DNA of 32,000 nt from an uncultured Oligoflexia bacterium (GTDB lineage Bacteria; Bdellovibrionota; UBA1018; UBA6935): the NCBI GenBank assembly GCA_964013565.1, contig CAXGWU010000008.1:30950-62949 (forward strand), in the 5' to 3' direction. Numbering within the stretch: position 1 is the first letter of the stretch; each line of letters opens with the position of its first letter. This document shows, one piece after another, positions 19,013 through 27,384 of this stretch. A program made the translations under genes and the position numbers. Under the pieces are notes generated by a model. It worked only from the letters and a program-made list of their open reading frames with translations, was not told the origin of the DNA and searched no databases.

Positions 19013-20042
19013 TGTAATTTGTTTTCTTATTGGGGTGAGTGTTTACGCTTCTGAACCTTTGACCCCCCAGCAAAGAAAAGTGAACTGTGCAACTCTTAAA
19101 GCATTTCAGGGAGATGTTCAGATTTTAGATGCTGGTCGGCAAAATTTAATTGATACTGATGTGAATCAATCGATTCCATGTGGAGGATGGATTTCTGTCC
19201 GAAAGGGTTCAGCGATTCTTCATCATCGACAAGGATTTGATCTTAAGCTTTCTCCTCAAACTTTTATTGAAATTTTTGATAATGAAAAAAACGTTCATAA
19301 AACTTCGGATGACCATGTAATTGTCTACAAGGGAAAGGTTTATGTCGTTTCGAAAGGTCACTCTGGAGAGGTTAGGCTTCTTTCTCCAAATGCTCGTATG
19401 CGTATTGAAACTGGAGAAGGAATTTTTCTTTATAGTCAATGGAACGAAGAGTCTCAGCTTTTAATGTTGAAAAATACCGCTACTATTGAGAATCGATATG
19501 CGGGTGATGTAAAAATTAAAGTTTCTCCAGGGGAAGCTTCTTCTTTGAATTTTAAAAACATGAGAGTTGTCCCTTCTGATCCAAAAGCAGTTCAAGTTTC
19601 TTCGATTAAAGATCAGCTTCTTGACTTGCCTCTAGATTTTGAAGAGATGGAAACCGCTCTTAATGTTGTGAAAAAAAGAAGTCAAAGAAAGTTTGCAGCG
19701 AAACTTTACGAAAGAAAAAAAGGAAAACGTTTTTCTTGGGCAGCTCAGAAAAAAGGTCCAAAAGACTTTACTATGAAATATGGGAGACAAAGAGTTATTA
19801 AAAAAGACCGCTATGCGGAGAATTTATTAATTCAGAGACTGACTGGAGGAAGAAAAGATGGAAAAGAATATATCTATCCTTCAGTTGAGCATGGAAGTAA
19901 AAAGACAAAAATATCGAGACTACCTGCTTCCGTAAAGGTAAAAGATCCTTTAGAGCGAATTAAAAGAAAAGATCAAATTGAAGAAAGTGAAGAAAAGAAA
20001 AGGCTGATGAAAGAATTATCAGCAATTAAGTTTGAACGTTAA
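18993..20042 (+). CDS. FecR-like domain protein, secreted, with strongly basic C-terminus
   Basis: Signal peptide MKVLITNVICFLIGVSVYA; FecR-like GDVQILDAG..I.CGGWISVRKGSAILHHRQGFDLKLSPQTFIEI...LYKGKVYV; Lys/Arg-rich last ~100 aa. Confidence 0.65.
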   Translation: MKVLITNVICFLIGVSVYASEPLTPQQRKVNCATLKAFQGDVQILDAGRQNLIDTDVNQSIPCGGWISVRKGSAILHHRQGFDLKLSPQTFIEIFDNEKNVHKTSDDHVIVYKGKVYVVSKGHSGEVRLLSPNARMRIETGEGIFLYSQWNEESQLLMLKNTATIENRYAGDVKIKVSPGEASSLNFKNMRVVPSDPKAVQVSSIKDQLLDLPLDFEEMETALNVVKKRSQRKFAAKLYERKKGKRFSWAAQKKGPKDFTMKYGRQRVIKKDRYAENLLIQRLTGGRKDGKEYIYPSVEHGSKKTKISRLPASVKVKDPLERIKRKDQIEESEEKKRLMKELSAIKFER

Positions 20043-20066
20043 AAAAGCCCTCAAGGAGAGAGAGCA

Positions 20067-20639
20067 ATGAAAATAAAAAAACTGTCTTTATGGATAGGAA
20101 TAGTTCTATTATTTGAATCAGTTTCTGCCAGTGCAGGAATATTCGAGTATTCTGTCGGATTCTCTTTTTATAAAAGTCGATTTTCTGAAGAGTCATTTAA
20201 TTGGACACGCGCTTGGAGAACGTCTGTAGGGTACCATTTTACAGATTTTTCAGGGATAGAGCTTTCGTTTCAAGATTTAACCAATCGAACAAAAGTTTTT
20301 AACTCCGAAGATATTATGACTCATGATTTAGTTTATAGTTTGAATTGGATTCAACAGTTTGTTCCCAGTGACTGGATCTTTAGACCTTATGGAAAATTAG
20401 GATTAGGGCAGACAAACCGTCAAGTTGAAGGAACGGTGATTGACTCAGGAACCTCACAGAGTATTGCTTTTAGGCAAAAGATCAATGCTGTGACTATTGT
20501 CATGAGTCTGGGTTTTAAGTTATTCTTACTTAAAAATATTGCGATTCGAAATGAATTTAGCAGTCAATTAGTAAAAGGAAGCATCCGAAATTGGGACGAC
20601 AATATCAACTTCACCATTGGGGCATCGGTCTATTTTTAG
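20067..20639 (+). CDS. Outer-membrane beta-barrel domain protein
   Basis: Signal peptide; alternating amphipathic strands ending in aromatic (INFTIGASVYF-stop), typical of C-terminal OMP signal. Confidence 0.7.
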   Translation: MKIKKLSLWIGIVLLFESVSASAGIFEYSVGFSFYKSRFSEESFNWTRAWRTSVGYHFTDFSGIELSFQDLTNRTKVFNSEDIMTHDLVYSLNWIQQFVPSDWIFRPYGKLGLGQTNRQVEGTVIDSGTSQSIAFRQKINAVTIVMSLGFKLFLLKNIAIRNEFSSQLVKGSIRNWDDNINFTIGASVYF

Positions 20640-21655
20640 TTTTTCAGACCTCTTGCACAACAACTCGTTATTTAATTCAAGCAACACATGGACAGTTTGC
20701 TTTGATGAATCGAGCTCGTCCTATTAATGAAGTTTTAAAAGATGAAAAAACTTCTCCACGTATTCGAAACTTTTTAAAAGAAGTTCCTCGAATTAAGCAA
20801 GCGAGTGAAGACTTTGGATTAAAGCCTACTTCAAATTATAGAGATTATGTTCAGCTTGATCGAGATTCTGCTAATTATGTCGTTTCTGCTTCAGAACCTC
20901 TTCGATTTAAGCCCATGATTTGGAGTTTTCCGATTGTGGGTTCGTTTTCTTATTTAGGGTGGTTTAGTTTAGAAGATGCGAAAAGTTTTGCTGAAGACAT
21001 AAAGAAGGATTTTCCTGAGTGGGATGTCTCTATTCGAGGAGCGGGCGCTTATTCGACTTTAGGTTGGTTTACAGATCCCATTCTTTCAACGATGTTTTCT
21101 CAAGGAGAATATGCGATGGGAGATCTTGTGAACGTTGTTTTTCATGAATCAGTTCATGCGACTCTTTATATGAACGATCAATCTTATTTTAATGAAAGCA
21201 TCGCTTCTTTTGCTGCTGATCATATGACTCCACAGTACCTTTCTCGAAGATACGGACAAGATTCAAAAGAGTTTACTTCATATCAAAAACAACAAAAAAA
21301 AAGGCAGATGATCAAAAATCAATTATATGAAGCTTACCGTTCTTTAGAAGCTCTCTATAGTAGCTCTAAAAATGATGAAGAAAAAAAAGAAGAAAAGTTA
21401 AACATTTTAGAGCAATTAAAAAATAAATTAAAAAGTAAGAAAAGTTATAATAATGCTTCTTTAATTCAATATCGAACCTATGGAGTAGGTATGGATTCTT
21501 TTGAGAAGTTGTTTGATACTTGTCAAAAAAAATGGAAAAACTTCTGGCGAGCAATGCATTCTCTAAAAGAAAGTTCTTTTGAGAAAAAGCAAATGGAAGA
21601 CTTTAAGTCTGTGATTCATCCTTATATAATGAATGGGTGTCAAAAAATAAAGTAA
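20591..21655 (+). CDS. Predicted zinc aminopeptidase (DUF2265/Aminopep family), lipoprotein
   Basis: YLIQATHGQFALMNRARPINEVL..., RGAGAYSTLGWFTDPIL, zinc motif VVFHESVHAT with later FNESIASF; lipobox-like FQTSC. Start is TTG at 20591. Confidence 0.82.
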   Translation: MGRQYQLHHWGIGLFLVFQTSCTTTRYLIQATHGQFALMNRARPINEVLKDEKTSPRIRNFLKEVPRIKQASEDFGLKPTSNYRDYVQLDRDSANYVVSASEPLRFKPMIWSFPIVGSFSYLGWFSLEDAKSFAEDIKKDFPEWDVSIRGAGAYSTLGWFTDPILSTMFSQGEYAMGDLVNVVFHESVHATLYMNDQSYFNESIASFAADHMTPQYLSRRYGQDSKEFTSYQKQQKKRQMIKNQLYEAYRSLEALYSSSKNDEEKKEEKLNILEQLKNKLKSKKSYNNASLIQYRTYGVGMDSFEKLFDTCQKKWKNFWRAMHSLKESSFEKKQMEDFKSVIHPYIMNGCQKIK

Positions 21656-21739
21656 ACAGGGCAGACCTGACCATCAGACCTACCCTGTGAGGATGAGATA
21701 GCACTCTTTAAAAACTAATCCTAAAATCAGTATTTAAAC

Positions 21740-22480
21740 TTATAAAGGGGTATGAGCGTCCGTTTGGATATGAATCGTCGCTGCGTTTGGCAGTGTGTCT
21801 ACGATAGTTCCATAACGTAGGCTTCGGTAAGCACATCGGTCAGATCCAGCAAGGTTGGTGAATCCACTTGGATAGAAGTTTACAATATAGTTAATATTAC
21901 ACTGATAATTTGTTCTAAATTGATCGACGACCACCTTGATATTCGATCCGCCTCCTGCTCCTAGAGTAGAACTAAAATCAAAAACCGCTTCTGTTGGATA
22001 GTCAGCACAAGTATTTGCCCATGGAGATCCAAGGTAGTTTCCATAACCAGTCACCTGATAAGCAGTTCCATCAGAAACATTTGGGGATTTTAGAGTTACG
22101 GTATGACTTTGACCATTCACCGTTACACGGTACTGATAACATCCGACCTGCTTGTCGGCTCCACCAGAGGTTCCAGTAAAATTAATGGTTCCACTTCCTG
22201 CAGTGATCTTTACTTTGAATGTACTGTCGCTTGAGAACCCTGGGGAAGTCCATTTTGCACCAACAGCAACCCCTTTAATATTGTTAAGCGAATAAGAAGC
22301 AGGTGATAGACCTCCTCCTGTATCTCCACCTCCTGGATCCGTAGGAACGCTTCCAGAGCCTCCAGGGAGGCTATTTTGGTCAGTGGAGCCGAGTTCGGAT
22401 CGAACGGCTCCTCCACATGCCGATAAGGCGATTGTGAGTAATAAAGTAACGATTGGGGTCTTTGTTTTTTTAAAATTCAT
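21740..22480 (-). CDS. Putative lipoprotein, unknown function
   Basis: Lipobox TIALSAC; AGAGGAT ribosome-binding site upstream of ATG at 22480 (ORF track extends to 22516). Confidence 0.65.
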   Translation of the reverse strand: MNFKKTKTPIVTLLLTIALSACGGAVRSELGSTDQNSLPGGSGSVPTDPGGGDTGGGLSPASYSLNNIKGVAVGAKWTSPGFSSDSTFKVKITAGSGTINFTGTSGGADKQVGCYQYRVTVNGQSHTVTLKSPNVSDGTAYQVTGYGNYLGSPWANTCADYPTEAVFDFSSTLGAGGGSNIKVVVDQFRTNYQCNINYIVNFYPSGFTNLAGSDRCAYRSLRYGTIVDTLPNAATIHIQTDAHTPL

Positions 22481-22741
22481 TTTGCTATCCTCTCTCTTAT
22501 GAGTTGGTTTCCTCAAATCAACTCATTTTCATCTTTCTGTGATGATCTCTCTTTGCTGTCCTTGCCTCTTGAAGGATGTAAATTGCAACCTAGGTGCCAT
22601 ATGACGCACTTGATTTAAAAAAAAGAGATCAAATGCTAGCAATGTAAGGAGAATCTTTATAAGATCAGGACGTTAGTTGGCGGTTTTTTGACAAAAATTC
22701 GTCAGCAAGGAGAGAGAGAGCCTGATTTTTTGTAAATAAAT

Positions 22742-24145
22742 TTGAAGAGCTCTCAATCACCTGTCCAAAGATTAGACACTCTGAGGGGGGTTCTTTTGAA
22801 AAAATCATTTGTTCTAGATACCAATGTCATTCTTTTTGATCCGCAAGCAATTCATAAGTTTGGAAGCAATGAAATAGTGATTCCGATGGTCGTTATTGAG
22901 GAAGTGGATCGATTTAAGAGAGATATGAGTGAAAATGGTCGTCATGCACGTCAATTCTCTCGAGCGATGGACGGTTTAAGAGCAAGTGGAGATTTAGCTA
23001 AAGGAGTACAGCTTCCTAATGGTGGGAGTCTGGTTGTTGAGCTGGGAACGTCTGAGTCTATTCTTCCGAGTGAATTGGATATGCATAAGGCAGACAATCG
23101 AATTCTTGCAGTGATTCTTACCTTAAAGAAAGAAAATCCGAGACGACCAGTTGTTTTTGTTACAAAAGATATCAATTTAAGAATCAAAGCAGATGCCCTT
23201 GGAATGCAGGCTCAGGACTACGAGCCTGAAGATCGAGAGCCGGATGAGCTTTATGCTGGTCATCGAACACTTCAAGTCGATGGGGCTTTAGTTGATGAGT
23301 TTTATTCAAATAAACGCTTGTCTTTAAGTGAAGAAATTTGTGAACAAAACTCGGTTAAAATGGCTCATATTTTACCGAACGAATATATGATCATTAAGGA
23401 CAGTGCAAATCCAACCCACACCGCTCTTGCACGATATTCGAAAGAGCTTGAATCCATGGTTCCAATTTATAAACCTGCTGAAGGATTATGGGGGATTTTC
23501 CCGAAAAACGTAGAACAAAGTTTTGCTGTAGATGCGTTGATGAATGATGACATTAAGTTGGTGAGTCTTTTAGGAATGGCCGGTACAGGAAAAACACTTC
23601 TTGCAATTGCTGCAGGACTTGTAAAAACAGTTGATGAAGGTTTTTATCATCGGCTTTTAGTGTCTCGACCTGTTTTTCCTTTAGGAAAAGATATTGGTTT
23701 TTTGCCTGGAGATATTGAAGAAAAGTTGAATCCATGGATGCAACCGATTTACGATAACATTGATTTTTTATTTGGAGCTACCGGATCTAAAGGAAGAAGA
23801 GGGGCAGGAAAAGGGGGCCAAGAGCTGATGAATCAAGGGCTCCTTCAAATTGAACCCTTAACTTATATTCGAGGTCGATCGATTCCCCAGCAGTACTTAA
23901 TTGTAGATGAGAGTCAGAACCTGACTCCACACGAGATTAAAACGATTGTGACTCGAGCTGGAGATGATACTAAAATCGTTCTTACTGGTGATAGTTATCA
24001 AATCGATAATCCATATGTAGATTCAAATAATAATGGATTAGTGTATTTGGTAGAACGTTTTAAAGCAGAATCAATTTCTGCTCATATTTCACTTAAAAAA
24101 GGAGAGCGTTCGAAACTATCAGAACTCGCCAGTCAGCTTCTCTAA
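22742..24145 (+). CDS. PhoH-family ATPase with N-terminal PIN domain
   Basis: PIN start KSFVLDTNVILFDP with downstream Asp residues; Walker A GMAGTGKTLLA; Walker B LIVDESQNLTPHE; GDSYQIDNPY. Confidence 0.92.
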   Translation: MKSSQSPVQRLDTLRGVLLKKSFVLDTNVILFDPQAIHKFGSNEIVIPMVVIEEVDRFKRDMSENGRHARQFSRAMDGLRASGDLAKGVQLPNGGSLVVELGTSESILPSELDMHKADNRILAVILTLKKENPRRPVVFVTKDINLRIKADALGMQAQDYEPEDREPDELYAGHRTLQVDGALVDEFYSNKRLSLSEEICEQNSVKMAHILPNEYMIIKDSANPTHTALARYSKELESMVPIYKPAEGLWGIFPKNVEQSFAVDALMNDDIKLVSLLGMAGTGKTLLAIAAGLVKTVDEGFYHRLLVSRPVFPLGKDIGFLPGDIEEKLNPWMQPIYDNIDFLFGATGSKGRRGAGKGGQELMNQGLLQIEPLTYIRGRSIPQQYLIVDESQNLTPHEIKTIVTRAGDDTKIVLTGDSYQIDNPYVDSNNNGLVYLVERFKAESISAHISLKKGERSKLSELASQLL

Positions 24146-24155
24146 CGAGAAGCTG
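24134..24155. other. Perfect 9-bp inverted repeat with 4-nt loop spanning the stops of two convergent genes
   Basis: CAGCTTCTC-TAAC-GAGAAGCTG; phoH-like TAA at 24143-24145 and opposite-strand TAG at 24144-24142 lie at or in the loop. No downstream T-tract on either strand. Confidence 0.7.
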
Positions 24156-24450
24156 CATTGGTCATTTCTTCGAGCTCAAAATGAAGGTGTCTCAGATAGG
24201 AGCGACTCAAAATTTGAAGTTCTTCTGTTTCTGCACTTTCGGATAAAAATTCAAAAAGAATTTTTCCTCGAACAATGAGATCAATTGTGAGTTCACCGAT
24301 TTTTGAACGTTCTTCTTGAAATCGAACCATTTCCTCTAAGAGAGCGACTTTGTCCATTTGGGCGACACGGTCGTAGTACCCCGGGTTGGCTAACGAGGCT
24401 TTTTTGATTTCACGGATGGCTTGCAACGAGATGATGTTTAAGTTCGTCAT
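24142..24450 (-). CDS. Hypothetical protein (102 aa, helical, possible structural/regulatory role)
   Basis: Continuous ORF MTNLNIISLQAIREIKKASLANPGYYDRVAQMDKVALLEEM...; no recognisable family; tail-to-tail with phoH-like gene. Confidence 0.55.
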   Translation of the reverse strand: MTNLNIISLQAIREIKKASLANPGYYDRVAQMDKVALLEEMVRFQEERSKIGELTIDLIVRGKILFEFLSESAETEELQILSRSYLRHLHFELEEMTNAASR

Positions 24451-24654
24451 GTCAGGCGCCTTATGAGCAACTCATGTGCCAACTTTTTTTAAAAGACACT
24501 TCAGAAAAATACTTTGATTTTAAGAAGTTCTGAGTGTGGTTTCACTTTGACTCTGGCTAGCTTTTTAGGAGGTGTCTAAGGTGTGGGCGAATTGAAAGGT
24601 TCCCGTAAATATAGTTGATGTGGATTAAAGAGACATAGGTAAGGACATACAGGC

Positions 24655-24780
24655 TTAGCGCTTTTCGTATACATCCTTCCGATGGCCGATTTTAATGATT
24701 AAGATTTTCAGTTTGCCGCCGTCTCTTTTTTGACGATATCTACGATCTGAGCCATCTTTTTGAAAAAACTCAACTTTCAT
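24655..24780 (-). pseudogene. RelE/ParE-superfamily toxin C-terminal remnant or very short ORF
   Basis: Manual translation of 24780 to 24655: MKVEFFQKDGSDRRYRQKRDGGKLKILIIKIGHRKDVYEKR-stop; the GGKLKILIIKIGHRKDVY ending is characteristic of RelE-like toxins, but the N-terminal two thirds is missing. Not in the ORF track. Confidence 0.6.
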
Positions 24781-24821
24781 TTGAAACCTTCCGATAGTTC
24801 TTATGAGAAGGAGCGTTCGCT

Positions 24822-25472
24822 ATGGAAAAGGCAAAATACACTCATTTAAAAATCTATTGGACTGTTATTTGGACTGCGTTTTTTATTGGGAGTCCATTAG
24901 CTTTATCTGATGTAGTGATGATGGAGTCGGATACGAAAGATCCACGAGAAGATTTTTATCCTCAAAGTTACTTTGGAAAATCTCCTGCAAAACCTTTAAA
25001 GAGAAAAAGGTTTACTGCTGATCCGGATGTCATTCATATTGAAAAATCAAAGAGTGAACCGGGAAGAGGGCTTGCAAGTATGCAAGGAACGGGAAACTCT
25101 CATGCAACTCCTGCAGAGTCTCGTATGGAAAATTACATTTATGGATTTAAGAATCCATCTCAAGGCCCTGATGCAGGTTTGAGTGGAACAGATGTTCGAA
25201 AAGGAGTTCAAGAAATTTCTTTAATCGCAAATGATTCAGGGTTTTTTCCGAAAACAATTTTTGTAACAAAAGATGTCCCTGTGAGAATGTTTGTAACAGG
25301 AGCATCAACGAATCAATTATGTTTAATGATGGATTCGTTTTCGGTACGAAAGCAAGTGAAAGAAAATCAAATTGAAGAAGTTACTTTTACCCCTAAAACT
25401 TCCGGAAAATACCGATACTATTGTCCAATAAATGGTGCAGAAGGAACAATTGTCGTAAAAGAGCCAAGCTAG
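24822..25472 (+). CDS. Cupredoxin-fold domain secreted protein
   Basis: Signal-like N-terminus; FFPKTIFVTKDVPVRMFVTGAS...FTPKTSGKYRYYCPINGAEGTIVVKE resembles cupredoxin C-terminal strands. Confidence 0.65.
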   Translation: MEKAKYTHLKIYWTVIWTAFFIGSPLALSDVVMMESDTKDPREDFYPQSYFGKSPAKPLKRKRFTADPDVIHIEKSKSEPGRGLASMQGTGNSHATPAESRMENYIYGFKNPSQGPDAGLSGTDVRKGVQEISLIANDSGFFPKTIFVTKDVPVRMFVTGASTNQLCLMMDSFSVRKQVKENQIEEVTFTPKTSGKYRYYCPINGAEGTIVVKEPS

Positions 25473-25480
25473 GGAATACC

Positions 25481-26611
25481 ATGGGCGTTTTTGAAGACTC
25501 AGTCAGTACTTTTTTAAGACCAATTGTGAGTTATCTTGAAGATGACAGTGTCTCTGAAGTTTTAGTAAATGGACCGGATGAAATTTTTATCGAACAAAGA
25601 GGTCTTTTACAAAAGGTTGATGCGACTTTTGGTGATGAGCAAGCTCTTCAAGCTGCAGTTAGAAATATCGCGCAATTTGTAGGAAGAAGAATTGATGCGG
25701 AAAACCCGATTTTGGATGCTCGACTTCCAGATGGTTCCCGAGTTGCAGCTGTTCTTCCTCCATGTTCAAGAAAAGGTACGAGTTTATCAATTCGAAAATT
25801 TAATGGGGGAGTTCCTTCTTTTGGGGATTTAATTAAAAGAGGTTCTATTACGAAAGATGCAGCTCGATTTATCGATATCTGTGTTTATCTCTCTAAAAAT
25901 ATTATTATTTCAGGTGGTACGGGATCGGGTAAAACAACTCTCCTCAATGTTATTGGTTCTCGTATTCCAAAGACTCAAAGAACTTTGGTGATTGAGGATT
26001 CTTCTGAACTTCAAATTCAAAGTGATCATGTCGTCTTTTTTGAGAGTCAGCCTCCAGATGAGCATGGAAAAGGAGAAGTTTCTATTCGAGATTTAATTCG
26101 ATCTGCACTTCGTCTTCGTCCTGACCGAATTATTGTTGGTGAGGTTCGTGGATCTGAAGCGATTGATTTAATCACAGCGATGAATACTGGACATGGAGGA
26201 TCCATGGGAACCACTCACGCAAATACTCCTGTGGATGCGTTGGTTCGTCTTGAAACACTAGCGATGATTGGAGGGACTCAGGTTCCTGTAGCAGCAATTC
26301 GTAGACAAATTGCTTCTGCGATTCACTTAGTTGTTCAAATTAAGAGGATGAATGATGGATCTAGAAAAGTTGTTCAAATCAGTGAAGTGATGCCTGAAGT
26401 TGATGAGTTTGGAAAATACCAGGTAAAAGCTATTTTTGAGTTTGTACAAAAAGGAAGAAATGAAGCAGGTGAAGTTGTGGGGGAAATGGTCCCTACAGGG
26501 TACTTACCAAGCTTTTTTAGAGAGATTCAGCTTAATCGCATTCCTTTTCCTAAAGAGAAGTTTGAACCCCCTTCGTGGTATATCGAGCATCAAAAGAAGA
26601 CTGCAGCCTGA
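25481..26611 (+). CDS. CpaF/VirB11-type secretion or pilus ATPase
   Basis: Walker A IISGGTGSGKTTLLNVI, Asp box LVIEDSSELQI, RPDRIIVGEVRG, GHGGSMGTTHANTP. ORF track starts at TTG 25421; ATG at 25481 (MGVFEDSVSTF) is after the upstream gene and more plausible. Confidence 0.88.
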   Translation: MGVFEDSVSTFLRPIVSYLEDDSVSEVLVNGPDEIFIEQRGLLQKVDATFGDEQALQAAVRNIAQFVGRRIDAENPILDARLPDGSRVAAVLPPCSRKGTSLSIRKFNGGVPSFGDLIKRGSITKDAARFIDICVYLSKNIIISGGTGSGKTTLLNVIGSRIPKTQRTLVIEDSSELQIQSDHVVFFESQPPDEHGKGEVSIRDLIRSALRLRPDRIIVGEVRGSEAIDLITAMNTGHGGSMGTTHANTPVDALVRLETLAMIGGTQVPVAAIRRQIASAIHLVVQIKRMNDGSRKVVQISEVMPEVDEFGKYQVKAIFEFVQKGRNEAGEVVGEMVPTGYLPSFFREIQLNRIPFPKEKFEPPSWYIEHQKKTAA

Positions 26612-26615
26612 TTCT

Positions 26616-27218
26616 TTATTTTTTTTGAAATGTTAAATGAAAGCAGGTTTCACCTCGTTCTCTATACTTTTTCTCAAAAAGAGTAAGAGGGAGTTCTTTA
26701 GAGGTTTGATTGAGTGCCTTTTCTTCAACAAGGTCTAAGTTCCACGTGTGAATATATCTTTGTTTTGCTAGATCAGCATAGTCATCTAGGTTTGTTGCAA
26801 GGACTAAAGTCCCTTTCGGTTCGAGACGTTCGATGAGAAATTCCATAAACGGCATATTTGGCCATCGGTTATTTTGCTGAGAAGGCTTTGGGTAAGGATT
26901 GGGATATAAAATGAAAATTCGACTCAGGCACTCTGGTGGAAGATAATGTACGGTAAATCCAATGGCATTGGCATGAATAGGGATGAGGTTGTCTGGCTTA
27001 TTTTGGTTCCACTTGTTCTTAAATTTTCTGAATCTTTCGTGAGTATGTTCGACTGAAAGAAGAGTCCGTGAAGGATTTTGTTTTGCGTAGGCGAGTGCAA
27101 AATCTCCTGTTCCCGCACCAATTTCAAGATCGACAGTTCCTTTGGGAAGCTCAAAGGTAAGTCTTTTGGGTTTTGGAATTTTTGTTTTCTGAAAAATTCT
27201 CTTTGGGTTTTGAGCCAT
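26616..27218 (-). CDS. trmB: TrmB-like tRNA (guanine-N7)-methyltransferase, divergent
   Basis: SAM motif DLEIGAGTGDFALAYA, YPNPYPKP in place of the usual PDPWPK, C-terminal LTLFEKKYRERGETCFHLTF. Confidence 0.72.
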   Translation of the reverse strand: MAQNPKRIFQKTKIPKPKRLTFELPKGTVDLEIGAGTGDFALAYAKQNPSRTLLSVEHTHERFRKFKNKWNQNKPDNLIPIHANAIGFTVHYLPPECLSRIFILYPNPYPKPSQQNNRWPNMPFMEFLIERLEPKGTLVLATNLDDYADLAKQRYIHTWNLDLVEEKALNQTSKELPLTLFEKKYRERGETCFHLTFQKK

Positions 27219-27384
27219 ACTGGGGCAATTTACCCTTTTTTTTTAGAAAAGAAAGGATCTTCGTTTGACCTAGAAACTATTTTATTTTCAATAGGTTGCA
27301 TTTTGTTCTTCAAGTTGATTTTTTATGAAAACGTCAGGTTTTTAATTCCCAAAAAGTATTCGTTTTTGTTTAAAATGAGAACCA

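Noticed and set aside
17816-21655. Idea that the envelope run is a FecR/sigma-factor TonB regulatory system
   Set aside because: No extracytoplasmic-function sigma factor or TonB-dependent receptor is encoded nearby; the FecR-like domain alone does not support it.
24571-24655. Possible antitoxin sequence next to the RelE-like remnant (plus strand VGELKGSRKYS-stop)
   Set aside because: Stops quickly in all frames I read and shows no convincing antitoxin motif.
25421-25480. 20 aa N-terminal extension of the CpaF-like ORF in the track (TTG start)
   Set aside because: Overlaps the upstream cupredoxin-like gene; the ATG at 25481 starts a family-like N-terminus.
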